The notes beneath the pieces are model-generated. The model ran no database searches. It was not told where the DNA came from and saw only the letters and a list, made by a program, of their open reading frames with translations. 64,000 nt of DNA from an uncultured Clostridia bacterium (GTDB lineage Bacteria; Bacillota; Clostridia; Christensenellales; UBA1242), in NCBI GenBank assembly GCA_947629505.1, contig CANRDW010000001.1, positions 7,750 to 71,749 of the forward strand, written 5' to 3'. Shown here piece after piece: positions 36,414 through 43,930 of this stretch (its first letter is position 1; each line of letters opens with the position of its first letter). The position numbers and the translations under genes are program-made.

Positions 36414-37631
36414 ATGGAAGAAGATATTTTTGAGCCTGTAAAACTTGCTGACGGCAAATGGACCTTTAAAAACACAAATACAGGCAAACTTTGCGAACAA
36501 AGATTTGATAAGGTTGAATATGTTAATGAAGGCTTTGCCGCCGTTAAAATCAAAGGCAAATGGACATTTTTCAAACCTTCAACTGGAGAACTTTGTAAAC
36601 AAGAATTTGATGCTGTTAGAGATATTCATGGTGGATTTGCAGCAGTTAGAATCGGCAAAAAATGGACATTTTTCAAGCCTTCAACTGGAGAACTTTGTAA
36701 AGAAAAATTTTATGATATTAATGTTAAAACAAATGGCCTTCCAGTGGTTAAAATCGGCAAAAAATGGGCTTTTTACAATCCTTCAACTGGAGAACTTTGT
36801 AAAGAAAAATTTGATGAGTTTTATGAGTTTATAGAGGCTCCTAATAACTATGCATTAGTTAGAATCGGCAAAAAATGGACTTTTTGCAATCAACATACTG
36901 GAATACTTTGTGAACAAAAATTTGATGAGTTTGGAGGTACTTCTGGTCAATTTGCAGCAGTTAGAATCGGCAAAAAATGGACTTATTATAAAGCATCAAC
37001 TGAGAAACTTTGTGAACAAGAATTTGATGAGGTTAGAAATTTTGATGGTCAATTTGCAGCTGTTAGAATCGGCAAAAAATGGACTTATTACAATCCAACA
37101 TCGAATCGATGTTGTAAAGAATACTTTGATGATGCTCTTGATGTGAATGACAGTTGGTTTGTTCCTGTTAGAATAGGGAACAAATGGACATACTTTGATC
37201 TTCGCAATGACGTTGTTTTGCCAACATCTATAAAAATGACAAAAAACGACAATGGTAGTTATGTTGATTTATACTTTTGGTTAAGAAGACATCCGGAAGA
37301 TTTTGAACAACTCCCAACTGAATTATTCGCTGAAGACAAAAAAGAAGTTGAAAAATGTTTAAAAGAAATTGCCAATGGAATTAAACGTGATTTATGCTCA
37401 GAAAAAGGTTCTTTAGAAGAAGTTGAAGAATACACAAAACAAGTTTATGATATGATTTCAAATAAAATTGAAAAAGAGAAACAAAATATTGCAATCAAAG
37501 AACAACAAATAGCTGCCTATCAGGCAAAGCGCAAGGCTGAAAAAGCCGAACATGAAGCCGAACGTTTCAAAAAAGCTGAAATCGTTGACAAAGCAGCAAA
37601 AATTATCAAAGACTTGGGAGGAAAGTTGTGA
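36414..37631 (+). CDS. WG/KWG-like beta-propeller repeat protein with C-terminal coiled-coil
   Basis: Eight copies of a ~33-aa unit: (I)GKKWTF(F/Y)xPSTGELCxxxFDxVxxxxGxFAAVR. The C-terminal ~110 aa are K/E-rich and helical. Confidence 0.8.
   Translation: MEEDIFEPVKLADGKWTFKNTNTGKLCEQRFDKVEYVNEGFAAVKIKGKWTFFKPSTGELCKQEFDAVRDIHGGFAAVRIGKKWTFFKPSTGELCKEKFYDINVKTNGLPVVKIGKKWAFYNPSTGELCKEKFDEFYEFIEAPNNYALVRIGKKWTFCNQHTGILCEQKFDEFGGTSGQFAAVRIGKKWTYYKASTEKLCEQEFDEVRNFDGQFAAVRIGKKWTYYNPTSNRCCKEYFDDALDVNDSWFVPVRIGNKWTYFDLRNDVVLPTSIKMTKNDNGSYVDLYFWLRRHPEDFEQLPTELFAEDKKEVEKCLKEIANGIKRDLCSEKGSLEEVEEYTKQVYDMISNKIEKEKQNIAIKEQQIAAYQAKRKAEKAEHEAERFKKAEIVDKAAKIIKDLGGKL
36540..37200 (+). repeat. tandem ~99-105-bp coding repeats inside the WG-like gene
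   Basis: Near-identical blocks such as gttagaatcggcaaaaaatggac recur at about 36648, 36858, 36958 and 37058 (a variant gttaaaatcggcaaaaaatgggc at about 36751), and ccttcaactggagaactttgtaaa recurs three times. Confidence 0.85.
37522..37545 (+). repeat. left copy of a 24-bp perfect inverted repeat
   Basis: aggcaaagcgcaaggctgaaaaag, encoding (Q)AKRKAEK in the WG-like gene. Confidence 0.95.
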
Positions 37632-37711
37632 TGACAAAAAAAGAATTTGATAAATGGGTTGATGAAATGTTTGAGTTGCTTAAAGAACAACTTAAAGACA
37701 TAAAAGATTAA
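37631..37711 (+). CDS. possible translationally coupled 26-aa ORF
   Basis: TGATG overlap with the WG-like stop. GGGAGGA lies 9-10 nt upstream. MTKKEFDKWVDEMFELLKEQLKDIKD. Confidence 0.25.
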   Translation: MTKKEFDKWVDEMFELLKEQLKDIKD

Positions 37712-37727
37712 AACATGTGAGAAAAAA

Positions 37728-37760
37728 TAAAAGGCTGAATTTTCAGTCTTTTATTTTTCT
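37728..37760. terminator. bidirectional rho-independent terminator
   Basis: AAGGCTGAAttttCAGTCTT flanked by A and T runs. Serves the WG-like gene (+) and the 38-aa ORF (-). Confidence 0.65.
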
Positions 37761-37867
37761 CTTTCTTTTTGTTGTTTTGTTTGCGCTTGTTCTTTTTCAG
37801 CCTTGCGCTTTGCCTCTTCGGCAGCCTTTTGTTGTTTCATGGCTTGAATATACACTTTGTGATTCAT
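37751..37867 (-). CDS. small K/E/Q-rich protein (38 aa), below the track cutoff
   Basis: MNHKVYIQAMKQQKAAEEAKRKAEKEQAQTKQQKEREK. AGGAGAGAG RBS, consensus promoter and terminator. Confidence 0.5.
   Translation of the reverse strand: MNHKVYIQAMKQQKAAEEAKRKAEKEQAQTKQQKEREK
37792..37815 (-). repeat. right copy of the 24-bp perfect inverted repeat
   Basis: The reverse complement is identical to 37522-37545. It encodes (E)AKRKAEK in the 38-aa ORF, in the same frame relative to the repeat. Confidence 0.95.
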
Positions 37868-37887
37868 ATTTCTCTCTCCTTTTAAAA

Positions 37888-37916
37888 ATTATATCAAAGA
37901 AAAAATTGATTGTCAA
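37888..37916 (-). promoter_or_regulatory. perfect-consensus promoter for the 38-aa ORF
   Basis: TTGACA (37916-37911), 17 nt, TATAAT (37893-37888). Confidence 0.55.
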
Positions 37917-38660
37917 TCACACAAAATATTTTGTGTGCAGAACTTCAAGATAATCCCCGTTTTCATTATTTGTGACAAGGTTTGGATGAATCTTCACTTC
38001 TTCCTTTGCGTCTTTCACTGCCTTTAAAAACACAGTTTGCACTTTGCCTTTGCCGTTTTCAGTGAAGAACATCTCTTTGACAGCGAGTTTGACCTTTGAC
38101 AAATTCACAACAAGTTCACACGCGCGGCTTGCAGGATAACAAACATAAAACGCTCCGCCGCTTTTCAGCATTTTTGCAGCGCACTGACAAAGTTTATCGC
38201 ACGGAAGCAAAACTTCTTCTTTTGCAATCTTTTTCACTTCGCTCTGTTTAAAATTTGTCACTTTAAAATAAGGTGGATTTGAAAACACAACATCGGCTTT
38301 TTCGACATATTTTGCAAAATTTTTAACATCGTCACAAACAATTTCAATCTTGTCTTTCAAAGAATTTAGATTTATGTTTTTTTGCAAAAGTTCTGCCATG
38401 GGCTTTTGGATTTCAAATGTGACAATCTTTTTGAGTTTATTTTTGGCTTGCACCAAGATTGAAATCACTCCACATCCGCCGCCAATCTCAACGCACAAAT
38501 CATCTTTTTTTGTTTTGACAAAATTTGCCAACACAACGCTGTCCGAAGTGAAAGTATAAAGGTCTGCATTTTGGATTATTTTAAGATTTTTACACTGCAA
38601 ATCTTCAATTCTTTCATTTTTTTCTAAAAAAACATCGTTTTTTTGCAAATTTTCTCTCAT
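37917..38660 (-). CDS. N6-adenine methyltransferase, YabB / tRNA1(Val) m6A37 TrmN6-like
   Basis: VEIGGGCGVISI (SAM motif) and VVFSNPPYF (NPPY motif). Bacillus-type synteny holB-yaaT-(yabA)-yabB. Confidence 0.8.
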   Translation of the reverse strand: MRENLQKNDVFLEKNERIEDLQCKNLKIIQNADLYTFTSDSVVLANFVKTKKDDLCVEIGGGCGVISILVQAKNKLKKIVTFEIQKPMAELLQKNINLNSLKDKIEIVCDDVKNFAKYVEKADVVFSNPPYFKVTNFKQSEVKKIAKEEVLLPCDKLCQCAAKMLKSGGAFYVCYPASRACELVVNLSKVKLAVKEMFFTENGKGKVQTVFLKAVKDAKEEVKIHPNLVTNNENGDYLEVLHTKYFV

Positions 38661-38663
38661 TTG

Positions 38664-39482
38664 TTAGTTTTCTCTTTTGAATTTTATATCTTCAAGTGCA
38701 AAGGTTTTGATTTCACTTTCATCGCCTTTGACAAACTTGACATCCACTTCCCTTTTCAAAAGGTCATTGAACACAACTGTGCCGTTGCCGTCTTTGGTGG
38801 AAACACTTGTGCCTATCTTTGGCATAACTTTAATTGCCTCTTGATAGGTTGGATTTTCATACGCCAAACAGCACATAAGTTTTCCGCACAAGCCCGAAAT
38901 GCTGTTTGGATTGAGTGACAAGTTTTGATTTTTTGCCATTTTCATGGACACGTGGTCAAATTCGCCAAAGTTTTGCACGCAACAGCAAACTTTTCCGCAC
39001 GGCCCAAAGCCGCCAAGCATTCTCACTTCGTCACGGCTGCCAATCTGCCTAAGTTCAACGCGCTTTTTCAAAACTTCGGCAAGTTTTTTCACAAGGTCGC
39101 GAAAATCCACTCTGTTTTCAGCGCTGAAATTGATGATGTAGCGCGAATTGTCATAGCTTGCCTCAACTTTGACAACTTTCATTTCAAGCCCGCTTTCTTT
39201 GACAACCTTTCTGACTGTTGAATAAAGTTTTTGCGCCTGCTCATCAAATTTTTCCGCATCTTTGACAACTTTTTCTGAGGCAATAGACAACACATTTTTA
39301 AGTGGCGAGGTTAAACTTGCGGGGTCTATCTTGTAAGTTTCTTTAATCACAACTCCAAGGTCGCCGCCCTTTTCCGTTTCTACAATCACATAGTCGCCCT
39401 TTTTGATTTTAAGTCCATTCGGCGAAAAAGAATAAACATGGTTTCCGTTTTTAAATTTTACGCCCACAACATCTATTTGCAT
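38664..39482 (-). CDS. ricT: PSP1-domain protein RicT/YaaT
   Basis: GPCGKVCCCVQNFGEFDHVSMKMAKNQNLSLNPNSISGLCGKLMCCLAYE. Confidence 0.9.
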   Translation of the reverse strand: MQIDVVGVKFKNGNHVYSFSPNGLKIKKGDYVIVETEKGGDLGVVIKETYKIDPASLTSPLKNVLSIASEKVVKDAEKFDEQAQKLYSTVRKVVKESGLEMKVVKVEASYDNSRYIINFSAENRVDFRDLVKKLAEVLKKRVELRQIGSRDEVRMLGGFGPCGKVCCCVQNFGEFDHVSMKMAKNQNLSLNPNSISGLCGKLMCCLAYENPTYQEAIKVMPKIGTSVSTKDGNGTVVFNDLLKREVDVKFVKGDESEIKTFALEDIKFKREN

Positions 39483-40429
39483 AAGTATTTAACCTCCAAA
39501 ATTTTAAGTAAAAAATTGTCCAAAGTGACAGTGAGATTTGCGTTAAATTCAAGTTTTTCTCTGAGTGATGTGATAAGCCTTTCAATCTCGCAAATCGCCC
39601 GCACGGAATATTCCGCCTCAACTTCTTTGAGTTCGTCTTTATACATAGAAAGTTTCATTAAATTCTCGCTTTCACACTTCAGTTTTAAAATGTCCTCCAA
39701 ACACAGTGCAATCACATTCAAAATAAGGTCAAGTTCGCTTTGATAGTTTAAAAACTGATTTGAAAACTGCAAAACTTGTTTGGTGGATTTAAGTTCGCAC
39801 AAAATCGACACGGCGAAATTGACAATACTTTTCAAATCGTCCATTTTGCTGAGATGAAGAGTTTTTCCAAAATGCCCGCCGCCAAGCACAACCGCAAGCG
39901 AATCTTGACACACCTTTTCAATCTCACTTTTTGAAAGTGGATTTATTTTGATTTTGTCACAGCGCGACCTTATCGTTGGCAAAACTCTGTCCTCGCTTTT
40001 TGCTGAGAGAAGAAAATATACATTTTCTGGTGGCTCTTCCAGCACTTTCAAAAGTTTGTTTTGCGCCTCGTCTGTGGAATAGTCAAAATTGTTTAAAATG
40101 TAAATTTTATATGGCAAATTCACAGGCTTTACATAACAGTCCGCAACAATCTCGTTTGAGTCCGCCACTTTCAATTTGTCGCTTCCTTTTGGAAAAATTT
40201 TGACATCTAAATCCGCTCCGTTTTCAATTCGAAGAAATTCCGCACTGTTTTCATTCATAAGGTCAAAGGTTTTGTATTCAAACAAAAGTGCCGTCAAAAT
40301 CAAAACTGTTTTGCTTGTCACTTCGTCATCGCAGAAAAAAATTGTGGCATTGGAAAGAATGTTTTTCTCTTTTTTTAATGTCAAATCTTTGAAAAATTGC
40401 TGAGATTTTATCACTTCGGTCAAATTCAT
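39473..40429 (-). CDS. holB: DNA polymerase III subunit delta'
   Basis: EAQNKLLKVLEEPPENVYFLLSAKSEDRVLPTIRSRC. Synteny with ricT. Confidence 0.85.
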   Translation of the reverse strand: MNLTEVIKSQQFFKDLTLKKEKNILSNATIFFCDDEVTSKTVLILTALLFEYKTFDLMNENSAEFLRIENGADLDVKIFPKGSDKLKVADSNEIVADCYVKPVNLPYKIYILNNFDYSTDEAQNKLLKVLEEPPENVYFLLSAKSEDRVLPTIRSRCDKIKINPLSKSEIEKVCQDSLAVVLGGGHFGKTLHLSKMDDLKSIVNFAVSILCELKSTKQVLQFSNQFLNYQSELDLILNVIALCLEDILKLKCESENLMKLSMYKDELKEVEAEYSVRAICEIERLITSLREKLEFNANLTVTLDNFLLKILEVKYLCK

Positions 40430-40435
40430 ATCTTA

Positions 40436-40464
40436 ATTTTAACATATTTTCATGCAAAAAGCAA
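40436..40464 (-). promoter_or_regulatory. promoter with leaderless geometry for holB
   Basis: TTGCTT (40464-40459), 17 nt, TGtTAAAAT (hexamer 40441-40436), 6 nt (taagat), ATG 40429. No SD. Confidence 0.45.
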
Positions 40465-40472
40465 AAGAAAAT

Positions 40473-40494
40473 AAAAAAACTTCCTATTTGGAAG
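40473..40494 (-). terminator. terminator of the P-type ATPase gene
   Basis: CTTCC(aaata)GGAAG then U7. Overlaps the stop codon. Confidence 0.6.
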
Positions 40495-43081
40495 CCTTTT
40501 TAAGTTTTCTTTCAACAAATTTATACAGTTCGCCGATGAAAATGATGGAAATTGAAAATACAAGCACAATCGCCCAGCAAAAGCCGTCAAGTTTGGCAAG
40601 TTTTAAAATTTCGCCAAGTGGAGTAACAATCATCAGAAGTATCAGCCCAAGTCCAACGCCAAGCGAGATGTTGAAAAAGGTGTTTTTAAACGGATTGGAT
40701 TTGAAGCAACTCCCTTTTGTGCGCGCCGTGAACATATAGAAAAGTTGAATGAGATTTAGCGTGTAAAACGCCATTGTGATTGCGGTCTGCTGCCCCACCA
40801 AGAAAAGCCCAATCAAATATGCGCCAAGCGTGAGAAGTGTTTGCACCACGCCAAGCACCAAAAGTGAAACTCCCATGCCGTCTGAGAAAAGCCCCGCTCC
40901 TTTCTTTCGTGGAGGAAGTGTCATGACATCGCTTTCCACACTCTCCATGCCAAGTGCAATCGCAGGCAGGCTGTCTGTGATAAGATTTACAAACAAAATC
41001 TGAACGGGCAGCAAAAATGTCCTTCCCGGCAAGAAAATTGTGATAAAGAAAAGTGACAAAATCTCCGCCATATTCGCAGAAAACAGATATTTGATTGTCT
41101 TTTGAATGTTTGAGTAGATTTTTCGCCCTTCTTCCACCGCAACGATAATCGTGGCAAAGTTGTCGTCAGTGATAAGCACATCTGCCGTTTCTTTTGTGAC
41201 ATCTGTGCCTGTCTTGCCCATGCCAATGCCTATGTCCGCCTTTTTCAAAGATGGAGCATCATTCACGCCATCTCCTGTCATGGCAACGATATGCCCATTT
41301 TCTTTCAGCGTTTGAACAATTCTCACCTTGTGTGCAGGGCTGACCCTTGCAAAAACACACACATGTTCGACAACTTTTTTAAACTCTTCATCGCCAAGTT
41401 CGTCAATCTGCTCACCCGAGAGGACTTCACTTTCGTCAGTTGCAATCCCCACCTGTTTTGCAATCGCAAAGGCTGTGTCTTTGTAGTCGCCCGTTATCAT
41501 CACGGCACGCATCCCCGCCTTTTTGCATTTTTTCACCGCATCCAAAATCTCTTTGCGTGGCGGATCCTGAATCCCACACAGCCCAACAAACACCAAGCCT
41601 TTTTCTTCCATTTTTTCACACGGCAGATATGCAAAACTTATCACCCTGAGTGCATCCTCGCACATCTTTTTGTTTTCAAACAAAATGCTTTGTTTCATGT
41701 TGTCGTCAAGTTCAACTGCGCCATTTTCAGTCAACACCTTGTCGCAGCGCTGCAAAATTCTGTCAAGCGCACCTTTCGAAAAACAAATTCTTTTGCCAGA
41801 CACAGAGTTGAAAGTTGTCATCATTTTGCGCTGTGAACTAAATGAGATTTCATCTATACGTGGATTTTTCAACCTTTCCTTTTCAATGTCAACTTTGTGC
41901 TTTTGCGCAAAGTTTAAAAGTGCAACCTCTGTTGAACCGCCAACAAAGTCCTTTGCACCACGCTGCGCATCGTTGCAAAGCACCATGTTTTTCAAAAAAA
42001 TGTCGAAATTAGACGAATTTTCCTTGAAAAAAGTGAAATATTTTTGAACTTTCATCTTGTTTTGTGTGATTGTGCCTGTTTTGTCACTGCAAATGACATC
42101 GCAAGCGCCAAGCGTTTCCACGGCATACATGTGTTTTATGATTGCTTTTTGTTTTGAAAGTTTTGAAATGCCCATGCTCATGATGATTGTAATCACCGCC
42201 GGCATGCTTTCTGGAATTGCCGCAACAGAGATTGCAACTGCCGTCAAGAATGCCTGCAAAATTTGAGAGGGATTTGCAATCGTTTCCAAAATAAATGTGA
42301 CGGTTGCCATTAAAAGAATGATGTATGTCAAAACTCTGCCAACCCCTTGGATGCTTTTTTGCAGAGGAGTGAGTTCTTTTTTTGTTTCTTTTATGCTTTG
42401 TGCAATTTTTCCAAGTTCACTTTCTTTGCCAATGCCATACACAAGCCCTTTGCCATGTCCATTTTCAACCACGCTGCCTTGAAATGCCACATTCTTTCTG
42501 TCAGCAAGCGGAATAGTTTTTTCATAGGTGATGTCGCAATGTTTTTCCACCGCTTCGCTTTCGCCTGTCAGCGAACTTTCGTTGATTTTTAAATTTACGC
42601 TTTCAAGCAATCTAAGGTCGGCTGGCACAATGCTGCCCGCATCCAAACAGACGATATCTCCATACACAAGTTCGCTGGTTTTAATTTTGCAAACTTTGCC
42701 ATCGCGCAGCACCTTTGTCTGAGGCTTGGTCATGTTTTTTAAACTTTCAATCGCCTTTTCACTTTTGCGCTCTTGATAGACCCCAAAAAGCGCATTCATA
42801 ATCACAATTCCAAGGATTATCACCCCGTCTATGATTTCACTGCTTGAATTTTCCGTCACGCCGATGACGATTGACACTACTCCGGAAATTAAAAGCACAA
42901 GCACCATAAGTTCTTTAATCTGCGTCAAAAATTTTGATAAAAACGAACTTTTTTTGCTTTTTTCTATGCTTAAATTTTTTGCGGCATCAATTCGAGTTGA
43001 AACTTCCGCCGAGGAAAGCCCAGACAAACTCGATTTTAAATTATACAGACAACTTTTTATATCCTGTTGATAGAATTCCAA
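40484..43081 (-). CDS. cation-transporting P-type ATPase (Ca2+ PMCA/SERCA-like, type IIA)
   Basis: 865 aa. TGES, CSDKTGTITQN, MITGDYKDTA, TGDGVNDAPSLKKADIGIGMG. TTG start with an AGAGGTG RBS. Confidence 0.9.
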   Translation of the reverse strand: MEFYQQDIKSCLYNLKSSLSGLSSAEVSTRIDAAKNLSIEKSKKSSFLSKFLTQIKELMVLVLLISGVVSIVIGVTENSSSEIIDGVIILGIVIMNALFGVYQERKSEKAIESLKNMTKPQTKVLRDGKVCKIKTSELVYGDIVCLDAGSIVPADLRLLESVNLKINESSLTGESEAVEKHCDITYEKTIPLADRKNVAFQGSVVENGHGKGLVYGIGKESELGKIAQSIKETKKELTPLQKSIQGVGRVLTYIILLMATVTFILETIANPSQILQAFLTAVAISVAAIPESMPAVITIIMSMGISKLSKQKAIIKHMYAVETLGACDVICSDKTGTITQNKMKVQKYFTFFKENSSNFDIFLKNMVLCNDAQRGAKDFVGGSTEVALLNFAQKHKVDIEKERLKNPRIDEISFSSQRKMMTTFNSVSGKRICFSKGALDRILQRCDKVLTENGAVELDDNMKQSILFENKKMCEDALRVISFAYLPCEKMEEKGLVFVGLCGIQDPPRKEILDAVKKCKKAGMRAVMITGDYKDTAFAIAKQVGIATDESEVLSGEQIDELGDEEFKKVVEHVCVFARVSPAHKVRIVQTLKENGHIVAMTGDGVNDAPSLKKADIGIGMGKTGTDVTKETADVLITDDNFATIIVAVEEGRKIYSNIQKTIKYLFSANMAEILSLFFITIFLPGRTFLLPVQILFVNLITDSLPAIALGMESVESDVMTLPPRKKGAGLFSDGMGVSLLVLGVVQTLLTLGAYLIGLFLVGQQTAITMAFYTLNLIQLFYMFTARTKGSCFKSNPFKNTFFNISLGVGLGLILLMIVTPLGEILKLAKLDGFCWAIVLVFSISIIFIGELYKFVERKLKKASK

Positions 43082-43127
43082 AATACACCTCTTTTTTATA
43101 TATATTTAACAGGTGTTTTTAATATGC

Positions 43128-43886
43128 TTAAATAAAAAACAGTGACACAATGGAAATTACAACAAGATAATATGAAAAATATTTTAAACTGTATTTTGAA
43201 GTGAGTTTCAACATAACTTTAATTGCAAAAATGCCCACTAAAAATGCCGTCAGAAAGGAAAGTGCTGTCGGCAGAAATTCCATCGTCACGCTCTGCCCAA
43301 GTGCGCAAATTTCATAAACTTCCATGACAAGCGACAGTAAAATAACGGGAATTGACATCAGAAAAGAAAATTTTGCCACTTCTTCTTTGTTTTTTCCACA
43401 CAAAAGCCCGGCAGAAATTGTGCTGCCCGAACGCGAAATCCCCGGGAAAACTGCAAAGCCTTGCGCAATGCCCATGAAGATTGCAGTTTTTAAATTGAGA
43501 GGCTCATCTTTCTTTTTTGAAAGCATATCTGAAAAGAGTAAAATTGTGGCAGTTATCACAAAACAGACGGGCAGCGCTCCGCCCATGAAAGAGGCTTTGA
43601 CAAGTGGCATAAGCACAAGCACAATAATGCAAGTTGGAATTGTGGCAGCCACAAGGAAAATCGTCTGTTTGGAAAATGGATGTCTTATCATCTGCCAAAT
43701 ATCTTTATAAAAAACGACAACAATCGACAAAAGTGTAGCAACATGCAAAAGAATAGACAAAAACAGACTTTCTTCGACATGGAAAATTTTTGAATACAAA
43801 ACAAGATGCCCCGAAGATGACACGGGCAAAAATTCTGTCAGCCCTTGGACAAGCCCTAAAAACAAAAAAGCAAGGAAGATGTTCAT
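43128..43886 (-). CDS. uppP: undecaprenyl-diphosphate phosphatase
   Basis: ATG 43886 has an AAGGAG RBS. GLTEFLPVSSSGHL and PGISRSGSTI motifs. The track start at 44045 runs into the giant gene. Confidence 0.9.
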   Translation of the reverse strand: MNIFLAFLFLGLVQGLTEFLPVSSSGHLVLYSKIFHVEESLFLSILLHVATLLSIVVVFYKDIWQMIRHPFSKQTIFLVAATIPTCIIVLVLMPLVKASFMGGALPVCFVITATILLFSDMLSKKKDEPLNLKTAIFMGIAQGFAVFPGISRSGSTISAGLLCGKNKEEVAKFSFLMSIPVILLSLVMEVYEICALGQSVTMEFLPTALSFLTAFLVGIFAIKVMLKLTSKYSLKYFSYYLVVISIVSLFFI

Positions 43887-43930
43887 AGAAACTCCTTGCT
43901 TTATTATATTTATTTTTTTGCAAAAATATT

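Noticed and set aside
36341-36574. Minus-strand 77-aa ORF over the WG-like promoter, and alternate-frame ORFs 36445-36834 and 36910-37146
   Set aside because: These are artefacts. The minus ORF reads through the poly-C/promoter region with no signals. The plus ORFs are the out-of-frame reading of the tandem repeats, which repeats itself because the DNA repeats.
43082-43127. Hairpin ACACCT...AGGTGT between uppP and the P-type ATPase gene as a regulatory switch masking the ATPase RBS
   Set aside because: It is only a 6-bp stem with a long AT loop. It could be a weak uppP terminator or chance. The evidence is too thin to call.
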